A DNA stretch of 55,721 nt from a virus (Duplodnaviria; Caudoviricetes): positions 1-55,721 of IMG/VR virus record IMGVR_UViG_3300017730_000010. The stretch is one strand, 5' to 3'. The notes below the pieces were generated by a model, which had not been told where the DNA came from, searched no databases, and was given only the letters and a program-made list of their open reading frames with translations. Made by a program: the position numbers and the translations under genes. This document shows positions 26,123 to 39,100 of the stretch, piece after piece. How positions within the stretch are numbered: the first letter of the stretch is position 1; each line of letters starts with the position of its first letter.

Positions 26123-27125
26123 TGATCTGCCAGATAAAAAACTTCTAGAAAAAATATTTAGAGACATAAGGCTAGGTTTCTCTTCTTTTATCTATGAGGG
26201 AAAGACTTGTTTTGTTAAACACGCTTCTCACCATCAAACAGATATCCTTAACCAGTCTTACGAAGAATACTATAATAAGGCAACCTCAAAAGGGGTAATG
26301 ACCGAAAAAGAACTTCTTGAAACTTTAGAGAAACAAGAAGTGTGGAGTTCACAAGATGAAAACCTTTTCGAGAAGAAAGAAATTGAGATGGAAAATCTCA
26401 AAAAAACTTCTGCAAATTTAATTGTAAAAGCTCAAAGAAATTCTTTTGAAAAAAGAATAAAAGATCTTGAAGAAACTTTATTAAAGCACAGAAATAAAAG
26501 AAACTCTTTAGTTAAGAATACTGCTGAAGAATACGCCTCCAAGAGGGCTAATGAAATTTTTATGTTTAATTCTTTATTTAAAGATAGAGAATTTAAAGAA
26601 ATGTTTTTTTCTGAAGAAGAGTTTGATCATTTAAATAAAATTGAACTCAGCGAAGTTTATATTGAATATAATAAATCAATAGAAATATTTAGTCAAGAAA
26701 ATATAAGACAGCTGTCAATAGAATCTTTTTTTACAAGTTTATTTAATTTATTTGATAAAGATGTTTCTAATTTTTATGGCAAGAAAGTATTTGATTTAAG
26801 TTATTACCAAATCAATCTATTAAACTATGGAAAGTTATTTCTTAAAATATTTGAAAATAAAGAGATCCCAAAGGGAATACAAAGAGACGCTGGAAAAATA
26901 TTAGAATATTTAGAAGAGTCGGAGACAAAGAAAAAGGCCGCTAAAACCGCAAGTGAAAAAGCTCAATCTGCAGCTGGGTTTTCCTATAAGGGCGCGACTA
27001 GAGAAGATCTTGAAGAAGCGGGAATCAATACAAAAGGTGCTATGGACATACATGACTTGGCCAAGGAAGAAGGCAAAGATGGCGAATTAGATATGGAAGA
27101 TTTAATGAAAATCCATAAAAAATAG
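26115..27125 (+). CDS. putative tail assembly chaperone 2
   Basis: immediately upstream of tape measure. Confidence 0.45.
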   Translation: MPDDLPDKKLLEKIFRDIRLGFSSFIYEGKTCFVKHASHHQTDILNQSYEEYYNKATSKGVMTEKELLETLEKQEVWSSQDENLFEKKEIEMENLKKTSANLIVKAQRNSFEKRIKDLEETLLKHRNKRNSLVKNTAEEYASKRANEIFMFNSLFKDREFKEMFFSEEEFDHLNKIELSEVYIEYNKSIEIFSQENIRQLSIESFFTSLFNLFDKDVSNFYGKKVFDLSYYQINLLNYGKLFLKIFENKEIPKGIQRDAGKILEYLEESETKKKAAKTASEKAQSAAGFSYKGATREDLEEAGINTKGAMDIHDLAKEEGKDGELDMEDLMKIHKK

Positions 27126-27158
27126 TGTAACTAAAATTACACAGGTAAAAGGAAAATT

Positions 27159-30100
27159 ATGAACCCCATTGTAAACATACCAACAGGTGCGAGTGGCTAT
27201 AGGCAAAGTATAGTCTCTCAAGCTCAGGCTGCTCAAAGAACTGTTAATAATATGCAGATGAGTCCAAGGTTGAACCCAAATGGATTTGTACAACCTTTAG
27301 GTAAAATTACTAATGCAGCCAGTGAGTTTCAAAAGTCAATGGATGCTTCTGCCGCTCGTGTATTTGCGTTTGGAGCAGCCGTAGGAGTTATTAATGGAAT
27401 TAGTGACGCTTTTAAAACTTTAGTGACATCAGCTGTAGAAGTAGAAAAGTCTCTTAAAGATATTCAAGTTGTTATGGAAGCTACTGATTCTGCAATGCAA
27501 AAATTTGGAGATGGTTTATTTGACGTAGCTAGAAATACGGCAACTAGTTTTGATTTGGTTGCAGCTTCAGCAACAGAGTTGGCCAGGCAAGGCTTAAGTG
27601 CGGAAGAAACTTTAGCAAGAGTTAACTCAGCACTTATTCTTAGCAGGCTATCTGGGTTAGACACAGTAAAGTCAACAGAAACTTTAACAGCAGCAATCAA
27701 CTCTTTTAATAAAGAGGGTATAACGCATGAACAAATAGTTAATAGAATGGCTAATGTAGATGCAGCTTTTGCTGTCTCATCTGCAGACTTAGCTGAAGCC
27801 ATATCAAGAGCGGGCGCTGTCGCTCAATCTTCTGGAGTTTCGTTTAATCAATTGTCAGCTATTGTAACAGCGGTTCAACAAAGAACTGCTCGTGGGGGAT
27901 CTGTTATTGGTAATGGATTTAAAAGTATATTTACAAGAATTAAGAGGAGTGGAGTGAGAGAAGCTCTTGAAGAAATAGGCGTCACAACCAAAGAAATGGA
28001 TGGAAGTTTTAGATCTTCCATAGATATTATAAAAGATTACGCAAAAGTTTATCAAACATTAACAGATACTCAAAAAGCTTATACATCAGAACAAATAGCT
28101 GGAGTCTTCCAAATACAAAATTTACAAGCTTTAATACAAGATTTGAATAGTGGGTATTCAGTATTTAATAAAGCTTTATCAGTTGCTAACAATACAACAG
28201 ATCAAGCGACACAAAGAAATAAAGCGTTGAACGAAACCTTAGATGCAATATTTAAATCAACAACTTTAAGCGTAAAAGAGCTCTCAGCATCACTTGGGTC
28301 TTTAGCTTTTGAGGATAGCTTTAAAAGTATATTAAAATTTGTAGGTAATTTAGCTGATAGCTTAAATGGATTATTCGATGAAGAAACTGGTAGCAGTTTA
28401 GCTAAAAATTTAGTTAAAGGTATAGGAGCTTGGATAACTGGGCCTGGCGCAGTCTTACTAGGAGCAGCGTTTTTCAAAATTTTCTCACTAGTTGGGAAGT
28501 TTGCTAAAGACGCTTTCAAAGATCTTTTAGGTATAAATATGGAAGCAAAACGCCAGCAGTCATTGCAGGCTGCTATAGGTTCTATATTGATGAAAAACGA
28601 ATCTATATATAAACAAATATTAGCAGCTAGTGGAAACTCCGCTAGGCAAGAACAAATTATTTTAAATATAGTAAAACAAGAAACTGCAGAAAGAGTTAAA
28701 CAAGAAGCTTTAATAAAAAGAATAGCTTCATCTAGCGCATTAGTGGGGGTTGGAGCTGGAGATACTGGTTTTGTGCCGATGGGAAAGAGAGCTTCCAGAA
28801 AACGAGGTAAGCAAACTTTAGGTTTAGCAGGGGGATATTTACCTTCAATAAATAAAGAACACCATTCAATATCAAAGGGAGTTGGAGGAGCCAGAAGAGG
28901 TGATAGACCAGTTGTTCTTAAAAATCATTCTATGGGGGGTGGAAAAAAACAGACTGTTGTAGCTCATACTGGAGAGTGGAGGGTTCCTAATTTTGGTGGT
29001 AGCGGGGGAGACGCTATATTTAATAGATCTATGGTTAAAAAATTTGGGCTGCCAAGTGGCGCAAAAAAGATAACTGCGGCAGATGGTTTAATACCTAATT
29101 TTGCTAAAGGAACTCAAAAAGTAACAGCCACGGCAGCGCAATTAGGGTGGAAGGAAGTTGTTGGTAGAGGTAGGCCAAATGAAATAGGAAAAAGATCTGA
29201 TAGGATAGATTCGTTTACGGGAAGAATTAAACTTGAAAGATTAAATAAAACGAGTAGTCAAATAGGTACAATGGCTAATCAGACTTTATCTGGAAAGGGG
29301 TCTGTAAAATCTAGATCACTACCATTTTTTATACCAAAGGGTGACAAATATATATTAAACCCGCAGTATAAAGACGCTAACGACGCAATTAAACAAAAAT
29401 TAACAAATCAATTTGGAAAAAAAGCATTGGCGAGCGGAACAGGTTTGAATTTAAAAAATCAAATCCAAACACTTTCTGCGGGCTTTGATAAAAGAAAATC
29501 TGCAATAAAATTTAAAAGTTTAAATACTTTATTAAAAGGTTTACATGGAGAAAAACTAGCTATATCTCATTTAAAGAATAAAGGGGTAAAAGCAGAGGCA
29601 ATTGAAAGTAGTGGATTTTTCGACTTAAAAACATCTAGGAGAAAATTCGAAGTTAAGTCTGGCAAAAAAATAAACAACTTTGAAATATTGAAGAAAGCTG
29701 CAAGCGAATTTCTTATGTCAAGCGGAGGAGATAAAGAATCTGGATATCCGTTTAAAAATAAAATAGCTGAAAGGATAGACGTATCAAGGAAAGCTGGATT
29801 AGGAAGATTTATAAACTTAGTTTTACCAAAAGGGTCTCCATCAGAAAATGTATTTGATAAAAAAGGACAGCCTGTAATACAGGCTCCAAGATCAGCAGCT
29901 TCTGGATTTATTCCTAATTTTGCCAGAAGATTTACAGATGTTAAGTCTTGGGGCGGAGCTAGGTCCAAAAAACTTAAAGACACTGGCTCGTATTTAGAAT
30001 ATGAAGGTGATCATATATCTCACATAGCGTCACAGAAGAAGGGTGACGCTAATTTATTATTTGATAAGTTCATGAAACAAAAAGGTACTGTTACCAGTGG

Positions 30101-33100
30101 AGGTTTAACTCAAAATAGAAGTTTTAAAGAAAATTCTAAATCTAACTTTGAGGATTTAATGTACGCTTTCCCTCAGTTGCAATATAGATTAAAAAAAGGA
30201 TTACAGACCACAGGAAGATATGTTGGGGCAGATGGAGACACTTTTAGATTTCAATCTCTCATAGGTTTAAAAGAGCAAATTAATAAAAAATATCGAAGAG
30301 GAGAATTCAGAGATATGTTAGGGAATAAAAGCGGCCCTCCAGGAATGGGTTCGATGGATATTCAAGATTTAGTTACATCTAGAGTTTCAGGCGCTGGAGA
30401 TAATATATATAAAAATTACGCAGAAGGTCTTGTCCCAAACTTTGCCGCAGGAGTACTGACATCAAAAGGGTTTTTTACTCCTCAAAAAATTAGAAGACTG
30501 AGAGACGGAGAGTTCTCAAAAACAGAGAGTGGTGATCGAATTTATTTAAGTCAATTTAGTAAGCAGGATCAAGATAAAATTACTGGATTTGATGCGCAAT
30601 TTTCTAATAAAAATGTAGCTAAGGCTGCAGCCGCAAGTAAAGCAAAGAAAGGGGCTATGCCTACTATAGACGCATCTAGGCAAGCTACAATGCTTGTTGC
30701 GACGAATAATTTAAGAAAAAAAGTAGACTCAACTTATAAACATAAGGGAACTGATTTTAGGTTAAAATATAGGGTGGAAGGTTTAAAGCCATCTAGGTTA
30801 AAAGGTTCAGAGGCTAAGCTTAGAGAAAGAATGCAAACTTCAATGTTGAGAGAATCAAGTTCTTTCGCAAAACAATTGTCTGGGGCGGGATCATTTGGTG
30901 CTAATACCCCAAGCGTTACACAACTTTCAAATGCTGGAGCTCCAGGGGCTGCGGCGGGAACAGTGTTTGAAAGCGCACTCAAAGCAGTAGGTAAAAATAA
31001 ATTATTTACAAAAAACAATGCTGGTTTTGATATTGGTGGTTATCCTGATGGAAGCTTGCAAAATTTATTTGGTTATTACACTCCATTTGCTGACGCAAAG
31101 ATAGGGTTAACTCCAGACACCAAAAGAGATTTTCATGGTAAGCTAATGGGACTGCCTACTAGTGGGGCAGCAATAAACGCTGCAAACAAAAAGAAACAGG
31201 GTCAGATGGCTATGACTACTAGAGCTAAATATGGAGCTCCTAGTTTTGCTAGCGGTTTCATACCTAATCTAGCTAAGTTTAAACCAAAAGACTTTGGCTT
31301 GAGTGACGACAGAGCTAATCAACTACAAAGTTATGTTGACAAAAGAAAAAGTGAGGGTCGTCCATTTAAATTTGAGAATTTGCTAGGCGGAAGTAAAATT
31401 AAAGCTCAAGGTAGAATAAACCTTGTTACAAAAGAGTTGGGCAAAGACAAAAAAATAACTGCTACTCGATTAAAGAAAGAAGAAATTCAAAAATCAAAAG
31501 ATTTTGCCACAAAGAGGGCTCAAGCTGGAATAAACACCCTTAGGTCTGTGAGTGGCGCAGGTGGCGCGTTTGCCGTAACTAAAGCAAACGCAAATTCGAC
31601 GGCAATCACTGGTTTAGAAGCGCGCGTTTCAAGACTAGAATCCTTACAAGCAAGAAGCAATGTTAATAATTTTGCTGGAGGTTTCGTGCCTAACTTTGCT
31701 GCTCCCGAACTCCCCTTTAACTCAGACACAATAATTAGAAAAGCTGTAACTCAAAATGTAGGAGGGATAAATAGCGACGGATTCACGATGGCTAAAGATG
31801 GAACTTTAATGTTTAATGATAGAGATTTTAATCCTGGTAATAAAAAACATCTTAATTCATTGATGAATAATAAAAAATTTAAATCTCATATTCATGATCA
31901 AATAAATAATGAATTAAGATCTATTCAAAAATACAATACTGGATTAGCTGGCATGGGTAGATCTTTTGCAGAAAAAACTGGGCTCGCTATAATTAATCCT
32001 AATTTAGCTGTTGATCAAAGTAAAATAGTACAAAGAGATTACTTGAGAGATATGGCTAATAATGTAGAGGGAGCTTCCGTTCAAACAACTAGATTTAAAA
32101 CTGGAGCAGGAGACGCTATAAAGAAAGACATTCATTATGGTGGAATGTATAAGCATGATCCGAGAGACAGGTCAAGGGTAATTTTTAACCCATCGGCTTT
32201 AGATCAATTATTTACCAAGAAAAATTATGGACAATCAAATATAGATGTGCCAACATTTATAGAAGTTGAAAGAAGAAGGAGGCAAGCTGCATCTCAGGGT
32301 GGCAAAAACAAAAGAATGAGTTTATCGCCAAAAAGAACTATGCAAACAGCTACCGACCTTATAACAGGAGGATTTAATTTCGGAGGCAGACTTATAACGG
32401 GAGGAATAAATGCGTTGGGGAATATAAAAAAAGCGGGTCGTGATAGAATAGGCAAAAGAGTTCAGTATGTAAGAGATTTGAAACAACGATTTAATCTTTC
32501 TGAAATGACCGAGGGTGGAAGAAAAAGATTTTCAGCAATTAAAGAATCTGCTAGGAGTAAAGCAAGAAATTTAGGTGGCACTTTAAAAGGTGGGCTTGAG
32601 AAATTAAAACCATCATTGGGTGGCGTTACGTCTAATCCATATGAAACAGCTTACGAAAATGAAGAAAGATTAGCTCGAGAAAACCCAGTAGCGCAAGCTG
32701 AAGAAGCTTTTCTTGAAAAAGAAAACGAAAGGTTTAATAAAAGAAATAATTTTGCAAGAAGATTTAAGATTGGAAAATATAAATTTAAGAAACGCTTAAG
32801 GGGAAGAATGACCAAGGTTTCTGATAGGTTGAATAGTTTCGGCACTGGAGCTTCTGATTTTATAGACAGAAAAAAAACTAAAGTTAGTGGCATGCTTAAA
32901 GGTTTTGGCCCTGGAGTAACTGGGCTTATAGACAAAGGGGGAACTCTATTTAGTAATATGCTAAAGGGTTTGGGGTCTGGAACTTCTGGACTAGTAAACA
33001 AAGGTAAAGATAAAATTTCGTCAATAATAGATGCTGCTGGATCCCAGGTAAACGAAAAAAGATTCAACCCTTCAGATTTAACTAAAAAAAGCGTAAGTGC

Positions 33101-36100
33101 TTTATGGAAAAGAATTACAGGTGGAATAAAACTAGGTTTTATAAATCCAGACACCTTAAAAATACTTAGTGCATTTAGAGGTTTAGGTTCACCTGAAATT
33201 TCTGCACTTAAGATTAAAGAGGGTATAACAAAAAAAGGTCAGATAATTAGAAGAAACGCTTCTGAAAAATGGAAATTTCTACAAGAAAATATAGGTAAAG
33301 CTTTGGGCGTTGGTGGAGAAAAACTAAATCAAGCTCTTAAGGCTGGAAAATTAAGAACCCAAAACTTTTTTACCGCAGCTGGTGAATTTAAACCTAATTT
33401 GGGCGGAGAAAAAATTAAAGAACTAGCTAAAGCTTTAGGCGTCAGAGTTCAGGATTTAAGAAAAAAAATAAAAGACGCCAGAGATTCAAGAAGGCAGTCT
33501 GCACAGAAAAAAGATCCATTCTTAAAACCAGGAGCGATAACAGAAAGATATAATAAAACAAGAACCGCGATAGGAGATTTATTTAATAGAGGGGTAGCCT
33601 TGAAAAATAGAGCTGTTGAAGGAGGAATTAATTTAGGAAAGAGGGGGTTAGAAAAAGCAAGCAATTTAAGTAAGATGGGGTTAGCGGGGGTACAGAGCGG
33701 CGGAAGAGCTGGAGTGAAATTTGCCAAAGGTAGAGGTGGAATTGCTGTGGGTGGGGCTACAGCCATTGCTGGATTAGGTTACGCACTGTCTGGGATGTTT
33801 GAGTCGGACGGAAGCTCTTCTCAAAAAAGAAGCAATGCTGAGTTAAAACAATTAACTAAATACGATTTTCAAAACGCAAAACAAAAATCATTAACAAAAA
33901 ATGGCTCCGTTGTCACTTATAGTGTTGGACCTAATGGAACAATATTAAAAGTCTCTACCGATAAAAGTGGTAAGGTTAAAACTGAGAAATTAACACAAAA
34001 AAACCCTGAGTTCCATACTGCTGCAAAATCAATGGGAGTCACAACCGATAAAGGGGGCTTGCTTGACAACACTGAAAGAAGAAATGGTAGAATTTTTGTT
34101 AATGGCTCAGAGATGAGTAATGCTGAATTTAATCAATTAAGAAAAGAAGAGCTTTATGGCCCAGATTTTGAAGTTATGGGTATAGGAGCTGGAGGTTTAG
34201 GGATTGGAGCTGGATTAGGATTGGTTGGAGCTTTAGCTCTAGTGGCTAATAAACAGCATAAAGAAAGAGTTTCTAAAGAAATTGATGCAATAGAAAAATC
34301 TACCATGACTGATGAGCAAAAAAGCTTAAAGAAAAGAATTGCTTTGTTAGATCCAGTTGATAGAAATTCTTTTGAAAAATATAAAAATAATTTAAAATTA
34401 GAATTAACAGAAAAAAGAAAACAACTGAACGTGGCTAAGTCAGACCCAAATGTTAAAAATGCTCTAAACTTTCAAAAATCTGGGGCAGCTGGGCCAAGCT
34501 TACCTATTCCAGATGACGTTAAAAATTTAATAGATGATATAGCTCTTTTAGATGATAGTTCTAAAAATCCTGAAAAGAGTTTTCTTGCAGATGATGGCGG
34601 CGCTAAAATAGAGCGAAGGTCTAGGGCAGAAGCAGTATTAAAAAAGAGAAAAGAAAAAAGAATTAATAGAGGTAATCCTTCTGCGCTAAGACGTTTTGGA
34701 AGAAGAATGCCGCTTATAGGATCTAGGTTTTCTGACGGTTTCATTCCCAACTTTAATAGATTAGCTGTTGCAGCTCAACAAAGAAGAACTCAACAATCAT
34801 ATTTAAGTAAAAAAGACATTAAAATTCTTGAAAGTAAAAGAGATGATATTCTTTCGATGGGTGTTAATATAGGAACTAGGCCAATAACTTCAACAAACAT
34901 GCCCTTTGGTAAAAGACTCAGCGGCGCAGAACTTGATCAGTTATCTGCAAATTTGAGATCAATGAATATAGATAAAGGTTTAATTGGTAGAGTTATTAAT
35001 AGCCATAAGATGACACCATCTGAAATTAATCGCGCAAAGTTACAAGACTTTATATATAAAAATAAACAAGCTAGAGATGTAGGGGGGAAGCTAGCTAATG
35101 TTAAAGCCTACAAACCAATGAATGAAGAAAGGTATGATCCATTTAGAACTTCTAGGCAAAATAAAACTGCTTCTGGTGGACTTATTCCTAATTTTGCTCC
35201 AAGATGGAGGCGTCAGAAAAAATTAAATAAACCGAGAAAACCAGGAGAAGGAAAAATTTTAAAAGATAAAGAGAAAGAAATGCAACTTCTTGCAGACAGT
35301 TATGCGAGGGGTGAAATAAGCACTCGAAAAATGAGAGAGCTTAAAGAGAAAATTGATCCTTTTGGAGTATTAGACGATGTAATACAAGGGCTTTTCTCTG
35401 ACGGATATATTCCAAATTTTTCAAACCCATTAACTGACGCTATAGCTAGAGAATCGTCTGCATTAAGTGATAGGGGGGTTTCCCTAGGTGCAATAAGGGT
35501 TGAACAGTCAAACTCTCTTAAGAACTCAAGGAACCCATCTGGGCTTGCTGTAACAAATACCTTTGATGAACCAGCTGGAGTTCAACAAGGAATAAATCGA
35601 TCTAGATCTATGGGTATAAACCCAAAGTCTCACGGGGCGGCAACAGGCTTTGTTCCTAGTTTTGCTGCAGGTATAGGTGCCAACTTGTTAAAGACTTTGA
35701 TGAACGTAAGAAACATGAAAGGGATTAAACAAACACTTGATGTTCTGGGAAAACCAGTCAAGGGGGTTAGAGATCTTGAAATGGGTCCATTGAAAAAAGG
35801 CTTTTTTAACTCAGAACAAATGAACGCGGGTATGATGGCAAGTTTTCCATTAATGATGTTAACGGAACAAATGAGAGCTTCTCAGGCCGAAGGCGGTGGA
35901 AATGTGTATACGGACATTGGGACAGAGGCTATGATGGGAGCTTCTTTTGGAGCTATGGGTGGAGTTAAGGGTGCTGCAATTGGAGCTATTGGTGGGGGCA
36001 TATATGGAGCTACAAAAGGGTTTTCTGGGGAAAGAGAGACTGCAAAAGCTTTTGCGGACGCCTTAAAAAGACAACTTGACGTAGTTGGAAAAGCTGCTGG

Positions 36101-39100
36101 AAATATTACGGGTTTACAAAAATATGCAGAAGCCTTGAGCGAATTAAATCAAGCTACAGAAGAGCAGGATATAGGAGCAATGGTAGAAGCTCAAGAAGAT
36201 TTGAGCAATGCTATGATTTCTGTTAAAGATGTTCATTTGCATAGCACAATGATGGATATAACTAATTCAACAGCTTCTTTCACAGAAAAAATAAGACTTT
36301 TAAAGAGAGAAATGGAAGATCAAATAAAAGTTAAAGACGTAGGCGAAGCAGCTGCTGAAATGACTGGTGATGCACAAACACAACTAAAAAAAGATGAAGA
36401 CTATATAAATACGGTAGAAGGAATTAGTGGTGCGGACCAAGATAAAATGCAGGCTCAAATGGCGAAAATGCTTAATTTTACGATTCCAAAATTTGATCGA
36501 GAAGGCGAAATATCAAAAGTGGCTAAAGAAAAAAACGTGTCAGAAAAAGAAGTTAGAGAAGATTTTGATTTAATGTCTGGAATAACTAAGAAAGAAATGA
36601 CTGAAAGAAGAGATTTTCTAGTTGGATTCAGCGATGTTCTTACACAAGCAATGCAAAAGGAACTGCCATCAATTATGAATTCTACAGATTATGACACAAT
36701 AACTGTAGAAAAATTTGCAAAAGAAAACCTTGGCGGCGAAGATAATATAGGAAATCTGGCTGACCAAAGAATGCTTAATGTTTTTTCCTCGATGTTTAAT
36801 GCGACTGGGGATTCCAACCTGGAAGCAAAAGGAATTCAAGAAGCTATGGAGAATTACCTTGAAAAAGAAGGTGTGCTTACAAGGAATAGTAATGGAGAAA
36901 TTGACCGATCTAGAGCAGGAGTTGGATCTTTAATGGACGGGCTAGCTGCATTCAACTTGGATTCAAGTGATGGGCCAGTAACAGGCGAAAACGCTGAGGA
37001 TGGGATTGTACAAGGAAAAGAAGTGCAAAGATTAGTAGCGGTCTCAAGGGCACTTACCTCTGAAGTTGATTCTATTAATAGTTCATTGAAGAGTTTTGAT
37101 GGTTTAACTGAATCAGGCAATAAATTAATTGAAGCTAATAAAAGCGCAGAACAACAAGTGGTAGATCTTTTAAAATCTACGAGAAATTTAGAACTAAAAT
37201 TCAAAACGTTTGCGGAAGATGTAAAATTTCAATTTGATATGGCGTCAACTGAATTAAAAAGTCAACAACAAAACCTTCTTCAGTCAAATTCTTTATTACA
37301 GCAAATAGGTGGAATATCAGTTCCAGAATCGCAAAGAAGAGATTCGCTTATAAATCAGCAAGCAATTAAGACGCAGTCAAGATTAACTGGAGCAAGTCAA
37401 ATATTTGACCTTATAGAGGGAATGTTTGATGCTGGTTCCATAAATAGACTTGGCATAGAGGATATTGAAAAATCAAATGATACTGGAGATAAAAAAGATA
37501 ACTCTGGATTTAAAAAGAGGGCTGCTGACAAGCTTCAAAGAGAAGATGATATGGTTGCAGCTCATATAACAAGAGGGCTAGCAGGTATGGCGGGGTCAAT
37601 GGTTAAGGGTGACACAACTTTAAACCAAGGTATGAAGCAACTGGAAGCCGCAATGAAAGGTACTATGGCGGAAACCTATCAGTCTAAACAATTTTTATCT
37701 AGATCTCAATCTATATTAAAAAGAAATCAAAGTCTTCAAGAACAACAATTAAAAGAATTAAGGAGGCAAACTGACCTTGCAAAAGTTCAAACCGCAGCTG
37801 CAAAGGTTGAGGCTATTGGGGGAAGAATAATTAGCCCACAAGAAGTTGCGCAGTTTGGGGATGGAGTTACTAAGGGAGCTGGCAAAAAAATTGAATTAGG
37901 GCTTAGTGATCCTAATTCCACACCTCTTGATGCGCAAAGGTTAAGCAGCTCAAGAGCGCAACAACTAGGCGCTCAAATACAGGCTGAAGATTTTATATCT
38001 AATCTTACAGGGGTAGACTTATCAACATTAACTGGAAGAAGCGAGTTAGATAATAAAGAATTAAGAACGCTAATTAATTTAAGTAATTTAGACGACCCAA
38101 TGCCTGGCGTAAACCGAGAGGATCAACAAAAATTAGTAGATGAAATAGCTAAACAAGCAAAAGCGAATTTTGATATATTAAGAAAATTTGAGGCAGAACA
38201 AAAAGAAAAATTTGAAGGTGGCAATGAAGACGCTTTATATGATTTATTAAGTGAAGAGCAAAGAATATCTGCAAATACTTTACGCATGGCTGAAACCCTA
38301 GACGAAATAATTAAAAATGGAATTGCTGTACAATTCGACCCCGAAGCTTTAAAGTCATTAATGGACCCCTCTGATAATGAAAATGATGTTTTAAATAGCG
38401 AAGATAACAAAAAAATACAAAAACTTCAAAAGAAAAAACAAAAGCTCGAAGAACAAAAAGCTACTGAACAGAGTAACTTGGAAGAAAATCAATCCGAGGC
38501 AGAAAAATATCAGAAAAAAGGGAAAGCCATGTATGATCAAGTCGCCTCTGGCGGTATGGATCAACCAACAACAGTCCAAAATAAGGCTGTTATGTTGGGA
38601 GCTGAAAGATATAAAGATAAGCAGGAGAAGGGGGAATTAGGTAAAGATTTTAATATGGGAGATTTTAAACGTGTGGTATTAGGCGCCTTAAATGATCTTA
38701 GTCCATCAACTCCAAAAGCAAATGATCAATTTGTAAACGCTAACTTAGGTTCTGCAGACAGTGCAATGGGGAGCTTGGGCTTGTTTGGTCAGGGTAATAT
38801 TTACACACAAAGGCAGAGAGCTCAGGACGAACCTGGTGAAGGTGAATCCATCCAACTGGATGATGAAATGTTAAAAGAATTCGCTAAACAAAGTAAGGGT
38901 ATGCAACTTGAGGCAACTGCCACAGGAATAAATACTGCTGATAGAACGACAAAAAGTTCGTTAGAACAGGTTGAAAAAGCTGAAGGTAAATTAAAAACAA
39001 TTCAAGAAAATTTAAATGCTATAGACAAAAAATTAAAAGAGCTTGGTGTCGGTACATCTGACGCATCAAGCGCAAGTGAAACAACTCAACAAGATTTTGA

